DNA of 64,000 bases from an uncultured Porphyromonadaceae bacterium (lineage in GTDB: Bacteria; Bacteroidota; Bacteroidia; Bacteroidales; Muribaculaceae): positions 13,397 to 77,396 of the forward strand of contig URMS01000008.1 of the NCBI GenBank assembly GCA_900548975.1. Reading direction: 5' to 3'. Positions 18,931-31,167 of the stretch are shown in pieces; position 1 is the stretch's first letter; every line of letters starts with the position of its first letter. The position numbers and the translations under genes were made by a program. Under the pieces are notes generated by a model. That model worked only from the letters and a program-made list of their open reading frames with translations, had not been told where the DNA came from and made no database searches.

Positions 18931-19071
18931 CACCCAAAAGCGCGGATGCCGTCCGGTTCATGTGGCCGGGCGCGTTATCTTCCTTTTTTAGCCACTGGCT
19001 GGCCTCGATTCTCTCCCGGGTTGAGTCACAATTATTTAACGACCGACGAAAAATACATATAACAAGAAAAT

Positions 19072-19452
19072 ATGATATCATCAGCCATCTTTGGAATTGA
19101 GAACAATGGGGTGCTCGCCATCACGGCGCTGCTTACCGGCGTGGCTCTTGTTGGCCTTGCGCTGTGGATAGCCAAGCTGATTTCCCCTCGCTCATTCAAC
19201 CCTCAGAAGGGCGAAGCCTACGAATGTGGCATCCCGACACGCGGCGAAAGTATGTCGCAGTTTAAGGTTGGTTACTACCTTTTTGCTATTCTGTTCCTTA
19301 TGTTCGACGTCGAGACAGTGTTCCTGTTTCCGTGGGCCGTGCGCATGCGCGAGCTTGGCGTCGACGGCTTGCTGAGCATTGCCGTATTCTTCGGTATCTT
19401 AGTGCTGGGCCTTGTATATGCCTGGCGGAAAGGAGCGCTTGAATGGAAGTAA
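19072..19452 (+). CDS. nuoA: NADH-quinone oxidoreductase subunit A
   Basis: KGEAYECG, YYLFAILFLMFDVE, YAWRKGALEW. Confidence 0.95.
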   Translation: MISSAIFGIENNGVLAITALLTGVALVGLALWIAKLISPRSFNPQKGEAYECGIPTRGESMSQFKVGYYLFAILFLMFDVETVFLFPWAVRMRELGVDGLLSIAVFFGILVLGLVYAWRKGALEWK

Positions 19453-20051
19453 CAACCAAAAGCATGCCCTACGGCGCATGGAAAGACAATGAATATATCG
19501 AAGGTCTGGTAAAAGAACTTCAGGAAAGCGGTACCAACGTTATCGTGGGCTCCTTCGACAATCTCATCAACTGGGGCCGCTCCAATTCCATCTGGCCTCT
19601 CACATTTGCGACAAGCTGCTGCGGTATCGAATTCGTATCGCTGGGCGCAGCCCGCTTCGATATGGCCCGTTTCGGTTGGGAAGTGGCGCGTTCGTCGCCC
19701 CGTCAGGCCGACTTCATGATGGTTGCCGGTACTATCGTTAACCGCATGGTGCCGGTCTTCCGCCGTCTCTACGATCAGCTCGCCGAGCCTAAGTATGTCA
19801 TCGCCTGCGGCAGCTGCGCTATTTCGGGCGGCCCGTTCCGCAAGAGCTACCATGTGGCAAAGGGTATAGAGGATATCGTGCCTGTCGACGTTTTCGTCCC
19901 CGGTTGTCCTCCCCGTCCCGAGGCTATGATCTACGGCATAATGCAACTATCGCGTAAAATAAAGGTTGAACGCTTCTTCGGCGGTGTAAACCGTCAGGAA
20001 AAGCAGGCTGAATTCCTTGCAGCCCATCCCGTTGAGGGCGTTGAGGACTAA
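19443..20051 (+). CDS. nuoB: NADH-quinone oxidoreductase subunit B
   Basis: SCCGIE, SPRQAD, GSCAISGG, PGCPPRPEA (N2 cluster ligands). Confidence 0.96.
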   Translation: MEVTTKSMPYGAWKDNEYIEGLVKELQESGTNVIVGSFDNLINWGRSNSIWPLTFATSCCGIEFVSLGAARFDMARFGWEVARSSPRQADFMMVAGTIVNRMVPVFRRLYDQLAEPKYVIACGSCAISGGPFRKSYHVAKGIEDIVPVDVFVPGCPPRPEAMIYGIMQLSRKIKVERFFGGVNRQEKQAEFLAAHPVEGVED

Positions 20052-20072
20052 GTTCACCAATTCTTCACCATT

Positions 20073-21704
20073 ATGGCAAATATCACCGAAAAGATAAACA
20101 GACTTTTCCCCGGCGTACAGGTTGAGGGAGAAAACATACCTGTACTCACAGTAGCCGAAGAAAAATGGCACGAAACAGCCCTCAAGCTCCGTGACAGCGA
20201 GGAATTGAAGATGGATTACCTCGTTACCATCGTGGGTATGGACTGGAAAGAGAGCCTCGGCTGTATATACTACCTCATGTCGAGCGCCTACGATCAGATT
20301 GTGGGTGTGAAAGTGATTGCCCGCGGCGACCGCGAGCAGCCGCTCATCCAGTCGGTTGCCGATGTATGGAAAGTGGCCACTCTTTACGAGCGCGAGGTCT
20401 ACGACTTCTTCGGAATCATCTTCCTCGACAATCCCGACATGCGCCGTCTCTTCCTCAACATCGACTGGGTAGGGTACCCACTGCGCAAGGACTACGACGA
20501 GAACCCCGAGCTCAACCCCGTAAGCACCGAAAACGAACGTCAGACCGACTTTACCGACGTCTACACTCAGGCTGAGGACGGTTCGGTGGTGAAAAAGGAA
20601 GTGCGTGTATTCGAAAAGGAAGACTTTGTGGTCAATATCGGCCCGCAGCATCCCGCCACACACGGTGTGCTCCGCTTCCGCACCGCTGTCGACGGCGAGA
20701 CCGTGAAGAAAATCGACGTCTACATGGGCTATATCCACCGCGGTGTCGAAAAACTGTGCGAGAATCTTACATATCCCCAGACTCTCCACTTCATGGACCG
20801 TCTCGACTACTTCTCGGCTCACAACTACCACCATGCGCTCTGCATGCTTATCGAGAAAGCCGCAGGTATCGAGATTTCGCGCCGCGCCCAGGTTATCCGC
20901 GTGATGATGGACGAACTTTCGCGCATCGCCTCGCACTGCCTCTTTATCGGCACATACTGCATGGACCTCGGTGCCACCACAATGCTTTTCTATACTCTCC
21001 GTGTGCGCGAGCAGATACTCGACATTATGGAGAAGACTTGCGGCGCCCGCATGACATTCAACTACGACTGCATCGGCGGCGTAATGGCCGATCTCGACAA
21101 GGACTTCGTGGCCGACGTGAAGGCTCTTCTTGCCGTTATCCCCAAGAATATCAAGGAATACAACGAGGTCTTCACCGGCAACGTCATTGCCCGCAACCGT
21201 CTCGAAGGCGTGGGCGTGCTTTCGCGTGAAGATGCCATAGCATACGCCATCACCGGTCCGTCGGGCCGCGCTTCGGGATGGGCCTGCGACATGCGCAAGT
21301 TCCAGCCCTACAGCATATATCCCGAACTCGATTTCAAGGAAATCGTAGCAACCGAAGGCGACTCCATGGCACGCTTCAAGTGCCGTCTCGAAGAAATAGA
21401 GCAGTCTGCACACATCCTCGAGCAGCTCGTCGACAATATTCCCGAAGGCGAATACTGCGTCAAGGTGCCCAAGATGCTCAAGCTCCCTGCCGGAAGCTGG
21501 TTCCAGCTCACCGAAGGCTGCCGCGGTGCTTTCGGCCTCTACCTCGAAAGCGACGGCTCCACCAAGCCATACCGTCTGAAGATAGCTCCGCCCTGTCTGC
21601 CGGCTGCCGCCGTGGTCGACCATCTGACCCGCGGTGCGAAAATCGCCGACCTCATAACCATCGGCGGCTCGCTCGACTATATCGTACCCGATATCGACCG
21701 TTAA
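20073..21704 (+). CDS. nuoCD: NADH-quinone oxidoreductase subunit C/D fusion
   Basis: EREVYDFFGI..HP-like/GYPLRKD (NuoC), then NIGPQHPATHGVLR, GYIHRG, DRLDY and C-terminal PDIDR (NuoD). Confidence 0.95.
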   Translation: MANITEKINRLFPGVQVEGENIPVLTVAEEKWHETALKLRDSEELKMDYLVTIVGMDWKESLGCIYYLMSSAYDQIVGVKVIARGDREQPLIQSVADVWKVATLYEREVYDFFGIIFLDNPDMRRLFLNIDWVGYPLRKDYDENPELNPVSTENERQTDFTDVYTQAEDGSVVKKEVRVFEKEDFVVNIGPQHPATHGVLRFRTAVDGETVKKIDVYMGYIHRGVEKLCENLTYPQTLHFMDRLDYFSAHNYHHALCMLIEKAAGIEISRRAQVIRVMMDELSRIASHCLFIGTYCMDLGATTMLFYTLRVREQILDIMEKTCGARMTFNYDCIGGVMADLDKDFVADVKALLAVIPKNIKEYNEVFTGNVIARNRLEGVGVLSREDAIAYAITGPSGRASGWACDMRKFQPYSIYPELDFKEIVATEGDSMARFKCRLEEIEQSAHILEQLVDNIPEGEYCVKVPKMLKLPAGSWFQLTEGCRGAFGLYLESDGSTKPYRLKIAPPCLPAAAVVDHLTRGAKIADLITIGGSLDYIVPDIDR

Positions 21705-21747
21705 ACTACTCGAATCACAAGCTAATCAGTAATATCACATACGCAAT

Positions 21748-24361
<2,614 letters not shown>

Positions 24362-24381
24362 TTTAATGACAGCTTAGAAAC

Positions 24382-24618
24382 ATGACACTCAAGATAATCT
24401 CCGCTCAGGAAGTAGTCTTCGACGGCGAAGTCACTTCGGTGACACTTCCCGGCACCATGGGCGAATTTACCGTGCTGCGAAACCACGCGACACTTCTTTC
24501 CACCCTGTCGGCCGGCAAAGTGCGCTATACCGACGGCTCCGGCGCCGACGGCGAGGCCGACATCACCGGCGGAATAGCCGATATCGACAATAACGTAGTG
24601 TCTGTTTGTGTCTACTGA
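24382..24618 (+). CDS. atpC: ATP synthase epsilon subunit (short, N-terminal domain only)
   Basis: VTLPG.MGEF.VL.NHA, ITGG; follows atpD. Confidence 0.9.
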   Translation: MTLKIISAQEVVFDGEVTSVTLPGTMGEFTVLRNHATLLSTLSAGKVRYTDGSGADGEADITGGIADIDNNVVSVCVY

Positions 24619-24624
24619 TATTTT

Positions 24625-25758
24625 ATGAAGCGCCTGTATACAATACTGACAGTTATCCTGCTGGGAGTCTTCTCGACTTTTGCCGCCGAACAGGCAGCAA
24701 GCGCCGACAGTACTTCGCAGGAGAAACTGAACCCCAAGGAAATCATCTTCGAGCACCTTGGCGACGCATATGGTTGGGAGGTTCCCTTCGACCATCATCA
24801 CCGGATTCCCCTCCCGATCATAGTATACGGCACCGACGGATTCCACTGCTTCTCGTCGTCGCATATCACCGGAGGCGAGACCTACGATGACAACGGACAT
24901 CTCTTCTGTCTGGCTCCTTTCGGAAGTCCTCACGAGGGTAAGGTAGTGGAACTTGTCGACGGCAAGGAAGTGCGCCCCATCGATATTTCGATCACCAAGA
25001 ATGTGGCAGCGCTGTTCATATCCGTGCTGCTTGTGGCAGGCCTGCTGCTCTGGCTCGCGGCTTTCCACCGCAAGAACCGCTTCAAGGCTCCCCGCAAGGG
25101 CCTCGGAGCCATAGAGGCCATGGTCACCTTCATCTACGACGGTGTGGTAAAGCCCACCCTCGGTCCGCAGGCACGCAAGTTCGCGCCCTACCTGGTGACG
25201 GTGTTCTTCTTCATTCTTGCCATGAACCTGCTGGGACTCATCGTCATTTTCCCCGGGGGCGCCAATCTTACCGGCAATATTGCCGTCACACTGGTCCTTT
25301 CGGTAATCACTTTCCTGGTCACCAACCTGATGGCCAACAAGCACTACTGGAAAGAGATCTTCTGGCCCGATGTGCCCGTCTGGCTCAAGTGTCCCATACC
25401 CATCATGCAGGTGATAGAGGTATTCGGCATGTTCACCAAACCGGCGGCGCTGACCGTGCGTCTGTTCGCCAACATGATGGGCGGCCACATGATAGTGATA
25501 ACACTCACCCTGCTCATCTTCATCTTCAGCGCTGTCAGCCCGGCAGCAGGCGGAGGTGCGACGGTGGTATCGCTTATCTTCTCGATATTCATGCTTCTCA
25601 TCGACGTACTGGTAAGCTTTATCCAGGCATATGTATTCACCATGCTCTCGACCATCTTTATTTCGCTGGCCCAGGAGCATGAACACACCAAGGAAGCCCA
25701 CGAGGTGACCGAAGCACTGCAGGCCGAACTTGCAGAGGGTCCTGTGGACGCCAAATAA
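24625..25758 (+). CDS. atpB: ATP synthase Fo subunit a, Bacteroidetes type with N-terminal extension
   Basis: DISITKNV, LTVRLFANMMGGH, FIQAYVFTMLS. Confidence 0.95.
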   Translation: MKRLYTILTVILLGVFSTFAAEQAASADSTSQEKLNPKEIIFEHLGDAYGWEVPFDHHHRIPLPIIVYGTDGFHCFSSSHITGGETYDDNGHLFCLAPFGSPHEGKVVELVDGKEVRPIDISITKNVAALFISVLLVAGLLLWLAAFHRKNRFKAPRKGLGAIEAMVTFIYDGVVKPTLGPQARKFAPYLVTVFFFILAMNLLGLIVIFPGGANLTGNIAVTLVLSVITFLVTNLMANKHYWKEIFWPDVPVWLKCPIPIMQVIEVFGMFTKPAALTVRLFANMMGGHMIVITLTLLIFIFSAVSPAAGGGATVVSLIFSIFMLLIDVLVSFIQAYVFTMLSTIFISLAQEHEHTKEAHEVTEALQAELAEGPVDAK

Positions 25759-25796
25759 CGATATTACAAAAAACTTAAATACACACTAAAACTTAA

Positions 25797-26042
<246 letters not shown>

Positions 26043-26062
26043 TCTTCTGCCAATCCTTGTAA

Positions 26063-26560
26063 ATGGAACTATTCACGCCTGATTTCGGCTTGATTTTCTG
26101 GATGTTTGTGGCTTTCGGAGTGCTTTTCCTGGTACTTTGGAGATTCGCATGGCCCATCATCCTCAAAACCGTCGACAGCCGGGCCGAACTCATAGACAAG
26201 GGTGTAGAATACGCGCAGAACGCCAAGGAACAGCTCGACAACGCCCGTCGCGAAGCCGAGACCTATCTCAATGAGGCACGCCGTCAGCAGGCCGACATCC
26301 TCCGCGATGCCGACAAGATGAAGACGCAAATCATAGAGCAGGCCCGCCAGGCCGCTCAGCTCGAAGCTCAGAAGGTGATGGACAACGCGAAACTCCAGAT
26401 CCAGCAGCAGCAGAAAGAGGCTCAGCAGCAGTTCCGAAACCAAGTGAGCGAATTCGCCCTTGCCATCGCCGGTAAGATTGTTCACCGACAGATGGAAGAG
26501 GACAACGCCCAAAACCAGTTGGTCGACTCTTTGCTCGACGAGATTGAAAAGAAAAACTGA
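26063..26560 (+). CDS. atpF: ATP synthase Fo subunit b
   Basis: PDFGLIFW..FAWP..., followed by a long coiled coil. Confidence 0.93.
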   Translation: MELFTPDFGLIFWMFVAFGVLFLVLWRFAWPIILKTVDSRAELIDKGVEYAQNAKEQLDNARREAETYLNEARRQQADILRDADKMKTQIIEQARQAAQLEAQKVMDNAKLQIQQQQKEAQQQFRNQVSEFALAIAGKIVHRQMEEDNAQNQLVDSLLDEIEKKN

Positions 26561-26565
26561 TACAG

Positions 26566-27117
26566 ATGGACCAAGGCCTGATACCCCGCAGATATGCCAA
26601 AGCGCTCTATGAAGTAGGTGAACAGCGGCATGACAACGAGAAGCTTTATTCTCTGATGCAGTCGCTGGCGGCTGCTTTCGCCAATGAGCCCGCTCTGGCC
26701 GCTACACTGGCCAACCCCTTTGTGGCCGACAGCGACAAGACATCGCTTCTGCTGCACGCCGTATATGGCGCCGATACCGCAGGTGCCGACGCCACATACG
26801 TCGATTTCGTGAAGTTGCTCGAAAACAACCGACGTGTCGACATGGCGCGGGCCATCGCTCTTGCTTTTATCAGTCTCTACCGCAAGGAACATTCTATCTA
26901 TCGCGTAGCCATTGCCAGTGCCGCTCCTCTGGGCGACGCCGAGAAAGCGCGTCTCCAGGCTATAATCAGCAGGCACATCGGCAAAGGCACTATGGAATAT
27001 GAATATAGCGTAGATCCTTCGCTGATTGGCGGCTTTACCGTTACGGTCAATTCCGAGCGTCTCGACGCTTCGGTGAGCAACGAGCTCAAGCGTCTCCGCC
27101 TCAGCCTTGTAAATTGA
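26566..27117 (+). CDS. atpH: ATP synthase F1 subunit delta
   Basis: [21 protein letters not shown]. Confidence 0.93.
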   Translation: MDQGLIPRRYAKALYEVGEQRHDNEKLYSLMQSLAAAFANEPALAATLANPFVADSDKTSLLLHAVYGADTAGADATYVDFVKLLENNRRVDMARAIALAFISLYRKEHSIYRVAIASAAPLGDAEKARLQAIISRHIGKGTMEYEYSVDPSLIGGFTVTVNSERLDASVSNELKRLRLSLVN

Positions 27118-27166
27118 TTTTTCCTCCCTCCCCAATATTAATTACCACGCAAGACCTTCGCATAAA

Positions 27167-28738
27167 ATGATCAATCCAAGCGAAATATCCCAAGTACTAA
27201 AGCAACAACTCGAAAACGTCAACTCCAAAATCGCGTTCGAAGAAGTGGGCACCGTGCTCGAAGTAGGCGACGGCGTGGCCCACGTCTATGGTCTCGACAA
27301 TGTGGGCGCAAACGAGCTTGTGGAGTTCGAAAACGGCGTGAAAGGTGTTGCTCTCAACCTTGAGGAAAGCAACGTCGGCGTCATTCTGCTCAATGAGGTC
27401 AACAAAGTGACCGAGAACATGACCGTGCGCCGCACAGGCGAAATCGCCTCGATTCCCGTGGGCGAAGGCTTGCTCGGACGCGTCATCAATATCCTTGGCG
27501 AGCCTATCGACGGGCGCGGACCCATCGGCGGCGACCTCATCCGTCTGCCGCTCGAGCGCAAGGCTCCCGGTGTAATCTACCGTCAGCCCGTGAACCAGCC
27601 GCTCCAGACCGGTCTCAAGGCCATCGACTCGATGGTGCCCATAGGCCGCGGTCAGCGCGAGCTTATCATCGGCGACCGTCAGATCGGTAAGACAGCCATC
27701 GCCATCGACACCATCATCAACCAGCGCAAAGGCTACGAAGTAGGCAAGCCAGTATACTGCATCTATGTGGCCATCGGACAGAAGGCATCGTCTATCGCCG
27801 CAACTGTCGAGGCTCTCCGTCAGCACGGCGCTCTCGACTACACTGTCGTAGTGGCCGCCACAGCCTCCGAATCGGCAGCCATGCGCTATCTGGCACCCTT
27901 CGCAGGCGTTGCGATCGGCGAATTCTTCCGCGATACCGGCCGCGACGCACTCATCGTCTACGATGATCTTTCCAAGCAGGCCGTGGCATACCGCGAGGTA
28001 TCGCTCATCCTCAAGCGTCCTTCTGGCCGTGAGGCATATCCCGGCGATATTTTCTACCTCCATTCGCGTCTGCTCGAACGTGCCGCAAAGATCATCGACA
28101 ATCAGGAAGTGGCATCGCAGATGAACGACCTCCCCGAGGTCCTCAAGCCCATGGTAAAGGCCGGCGGCTCGCTTACTGCACTTCCTATCATCGAGACTCA
28201 GGCCGGCGACGTTTCGGCCTACATCCCTACCAACGTAATCTCTATTACCGACGGTCAGATATTCCTCGAGACCGCGCTGTTCAACCGCGGTATTCGACCG
28301 GCCATCAACGTAGGTATCTCCGTATCGCGTGTGGGCGGCTCGGCTCAGGTGAAGGCCATGAAGAAAGTGGCCGGTACCCTCAAGATCGACCAGGCTCAGT
28401 TCCGCGAGCTCGAATCGTTCACCAAGTTCGGCGGCGATATCGACGCCGTTACAGCGCGTGTAATCGACAAGGGCCGCAAGAACGAACGCCTCCTCATCCA
28501 GCCCCAGTACAACCCCATGCCGGTCGAAGAGGAAATCGCCATCATCTACTGCGGCGTCAACGGCCTGCTGGCCAATGTGCCCGTGGAGAAGGTAGCTGAT
28601 TTCGAAAAACAGTTTCTGCAGCTGCTCCACGCAAAATATGCCGACGACGTTCTGGCAGTGCTGGCGCAGGGCAAACTGACCGACGAGGTACAGGATAAAC
28701 TTAAATCCGCCGCTCAGGAAGTGGCCGCACGTTTCTAA
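27167..28738 (+). CDS. atpA: ATP synthase F1 subunit alpha
   Basis: [43 protein letters not shown]. Confidence 0.98.
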   Translation: MINPSEISQVLKQQLENVNSKIAFEEVGTVLEVGDGVAHVYGLDNVGANELVEFENGVKGVALNLEESNVGVILLNEVNKVTENMTVRRTGEIASIPVGEGLLGRVINILGEPIDGRGPIGGDLIRLPLERKAPGVIYRQPVNQPLQTGLKAIDSMVPIGRGQRELIIGDRQIGKTAIAIDTIINQRKGYEVGKPVYCIYVAIGQKASSIAATVEALRQHGALDYTVVVAATASESAAMRYLAPFAGVAIGEFFRDTGRDALIVYDDLSKQAVAYREVSLILKRPSGREAYPGDIFYLHSRLLERAAKIIDNQEVASQMNDLPEVLKPMVKAGGSLTALPIIETQAGDVSAYIPTNVISITDGQIFLETALFNRGIRPAINVGISVSRVGGSAQVKAMKKVAGTLKIDQAQFRELESFTKFGGDIDAVTARVIDKGRKNERLLIQPQYNPMPVEEEIAIIYCGVNGLLANVPVEKVADFEKQFLQLLHAKYADDVLAVLAQGKLTDEVQDKLKSAAQEVAARF

Positions 28739-28748
28739 ACCGATAACA

Positions 28749-29633
28749 ATGGCAACATTACGCGAACTCAAAGGACGCATCGGCTCGGTTGCTTCTTCCG
28801 AGAAGATTACGGGTGCGATGAAAATGATATCGTCGGCCAAGATGCACAAGGCCGAAGGCGTGTTGCGCCGGCTCGTACCCTTCGGCGAATGCGTACGCAC
28901 TATCATCGCCAGTCTTCTCTCTTCCGACGCACCTGTGAGCTCGCCCCTGGCGCAGCCTCACCGCAGCGTCAGGAAAGTTGCTCTCGTTGTCCTCGGCAGC
29001 GACGACGGTCTCTGCGGCGCATACAATGTCAATATCTTCAAAGGCGTGCTCGACACCATCGCCGGTCTCCGCAAGGAGTACGGCGATGATATCGCTTTCG
29101 AAATCATGCCCGTGGGCAAAAAGATGGCCAAGGCTTTCGGCCGTATCAGCGCCGACCCAGCCATCACGGTAACGGTTCCCGAAGGCATCAGCTCGAAAAG
29201 CGACGGCGATTCGGTGAAAGACTTCGCCAAGACCCTCGAGAACGGTTTTCTCGACGGAGCTTTCGATATGGTCGAACTGGTGTATATGCACTATCATTCG
29301 GCCGGCCGCCAGCGCTATACCGCCGAGACATACCTGCCGGTATCGACTGGCGAGCTCGCCGGTGGCAAAGGCGCCGGACGCCCCTGCATATTCGAACCCG
29401 ACGCCCACTCCATATTCGCCGCAGCACTTCCGATGTATCTGCTGTCGAGAATGCAGTCGGCTTTCGCCGAAAACCGTGCCTCCGAACAGGCCGCACGCGT
29501 CATGGCAATGCAGAGTGCCAACGACAACGCTCAGAAACTGCTCGAACAACTTCAACTCGAATACAACAAACTGCGTCAGGCCGGTATCACGACCGAACTC
29601 CTCGACATCGTCGGCGGACAGGCCCGCGACTGA
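28749..29633 (+). CDS. atpG: ATP synthase F1 subunit gamma
   Basis: KITGAMKMIS, GLCGAYN, ASEQAARV.AM, YNKLRQAGITTEL. Confidence 0.96.
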   Translation: MATLRELKGRIGSVASSEKITGAMKMISSAKMHKAEGVLRRLVPFGECVRTIIASLLSSDAPVSSPLAQPHRSVRKVALVVLGSDDGLCGAYNVNIFKGVLDTIAGLRKEYGDDIAFEIMPVGKKMAKAFGRISADPAITVTVPEGISSKSDGDSVKDFAKTLENGFLDGAFDMVELVYMHYHSAGRQRYTAETYLPVSTGELAGGKGAGRPCIFEPDAHSIFAAALPMYLLSRMQSAFAENRASEQAARVMAMQSANDNAQKLLEQLQLEYNKLRQAGITTELLDIVGGQARD

Positions 29634-29687
29634 CCTTGGCAGACCTCATATCAGGATAAATAGTATAAATAATTCAATACCACATAA

Positions 29688-30308
29688 ATGGGTAGTGTAA
29701 AAGAATACTTTTCATCGTTAGGAACCGGCATTGGCAGCCTTCTCAAAGGCATGAAAGTGACCGGTAAAGAGTTCATCACTCCGAAAATTACAGAGTGCTA
29801 TCCCGAAAACCGCGAGACCCACCATCCGGCCGAGCGGTTCCGTGCCGAGCTTCACTTCGTTTACGACGCCGAAGGAAACCACAAATGCATCGCCTGCGGC
29901 AACTGCGAACGCAACTGCCCCAACGGTACCATCACTATCGAATCCAAGATGGTGACAACTCCTGCCGGCACAAAGAAAAAGAAACTCGACAAATATTTCT
30001 ACGATCTCGGCAGCTGCACTTTCTGCCAGCTGTGTGTGACCAACTGTCCGACCTCGGCCATCGCTTTCGACAACGATTTCGAGCAGGCGGTTTTCACCCG
30101 CAACAAGCTTGTGAAGCAGCTGAACTATCTTCCGGAAAAAGAAGAGCCGGAGCCCACTCCCGAGGAACTCGCACGCGCCGCAGCCGAGCGCGAGGCCAAG
30201 ATAGCCGCCGCAAAAGCCAAGGCTGCCGCCGCAAAGGCCGCCAAGGAAGCTGCCGCCGGCGCTGAAAACGCTCCCAAAACCGACGAAGGCGCCGGGAGCG
30301 CACAGTAA
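29688..30308 (+). CDS. nuoI: NADH-quinone oxidoreductase subunit I (2x 4Fe-4S) with an Ala/Lys-rich C-terminal tail
   Basis: CIACGNCERNCP and CTFCQLCVTNCP. Confidence 0.93.
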   Translation: MGSVKEYFSSLGTGIGSLLKGMKVTGKEFITPKITECYPENRETHHPAERFRAELHFVYDAEGNHKCIACGNCERNCPNGTITIESKMVTTPAGTKKKKLDKYFYDLGSCTFCQLCVTNCPTSAIAFDNDFEQAVFTRNKLVKQLNYLPEKEEPEPTPEELARAAAEREAKIAAAKAKAAAAKAAKEAAAGAENAPKTDEGAGSAQ

Positions 30309-30331
30309 GAGAAAAATATCAATAAACCAAT

Positions 30332-30844
30332 ATGGAATCAGTAGGAAGTATAATCTTGTATTTTATCGTCGCTTTGTCGATGATATTCTTCTCAGTGATG
30401 GCCGTAACGACCCGGAAGATTCTCCGAGCCGCCACATACCTGCTGTTTACCCTTTTTGCCGCCGCCGTGGTATATTTCATGCTCGACTATGAGTTCCTCG
30501 GCGCTGTGCAGATAGCGGTATACGCCGGCGGTATTGTGGTATTGTTTGTCTTTGCGATTCTGCTCACAAGCCGCCCCGGCGACAACAGCGAACGCCTCAC
30601 CTCGCGCTCGCGGGTGCTTGGAGCCGTTGCCGCAGTGGCCACTCTTCTGGTGGCCGGCTATGCGCTTCTGAGCCGTACCATGGTGTTCGTCGCAAAGCCT
30701 GCCATGGAGTCGCCCACGATGGATGCTGTTGGCACCACCCTCATGGGCACCGGCGAAGGTCAGTACTTGCTGCCTTTCGAGGCAGTGAGCGTGTTGTTGC
30801 TCGCATGTATAATCGGTGGCGTCGTTGTTGCCCGTAAACGCTGA
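30332..30844 (+). CDS. nuoJ: NADH-quinone oxidoreductase subunit J
   Basis: QIAVYAGGIVVLFVF, YLLPFEAVS. Confidence 0.93.
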   Translation: MESVGSIILYFIVALSMIFFSVMAVTTRKILRAATYLLFTLFAAAVVYFMLDYEFLGAVQIAVYAGGIVVLFVFAILLTSRPGDNSERLTSRSRVLGAVAAVATLLVAGYALLSRTMVFVAKPAMESPTMDAVGTTLMGTGEGQYLLPFEAVSVLLLACIIGGVVVARKR

Positions 30845-30850
30845 TAAATT

Positions 30851-31162
30851 ATGGAAATAACAGCTGTCTACTATCTCATTCCGGCGCTCATCATGTTCTG
30901 CTGCGGTGTATATGGTTTCATCACCCGCAAGAACATGATTGCCATGCTCATTTCTCTGGAACTGATGCTCAACGCCGTCGATATCAATTTTGTAGTGTTC
31001 AACCGCTTCCTCTATCCCGAACAGATGGAGGGCATGTTCTTCACTCTCTTCGCCATAGCTATCGCCGCCGCCGAAACGGCACTCGCAATAGCGATTATTA
31101 TCAATATTTTCCGTGCCGCCAAGAATATCGATGTGCGCACCCTTAACGAAATGAAATTCTAA
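30851..31162 (+). CDS. nuoK: NADH-quinone oxidoreductase subunit K
   Basis: SLELMLNA, IAAAETA. Confidence 0.94.
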   Translation: MEITAVYYLIPALIMFCCGVYGFITRKNMIAMLISLELMLNAVDINFVVFNRFLYPEQMEGMFFTLFAIAIAAAETALAIAIIINIFRAAKNIDVRTLNEMKF

Positions 31163-31167
31163 GCTTT

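Noticed and set aside
18936..19071. GC-rich hairpins in the nuoA leader as a possible riboswitch
   Set aside because: No recognisable aptamer consensus and only weak stems. It would need covariation analysis.
20073..21704. Possible group 4 NiFe hydrogenase large subunit
   Set aside because: No CxxC NiFe-binding motifs. It has canonical NuoD DRLDY and PDIDR.
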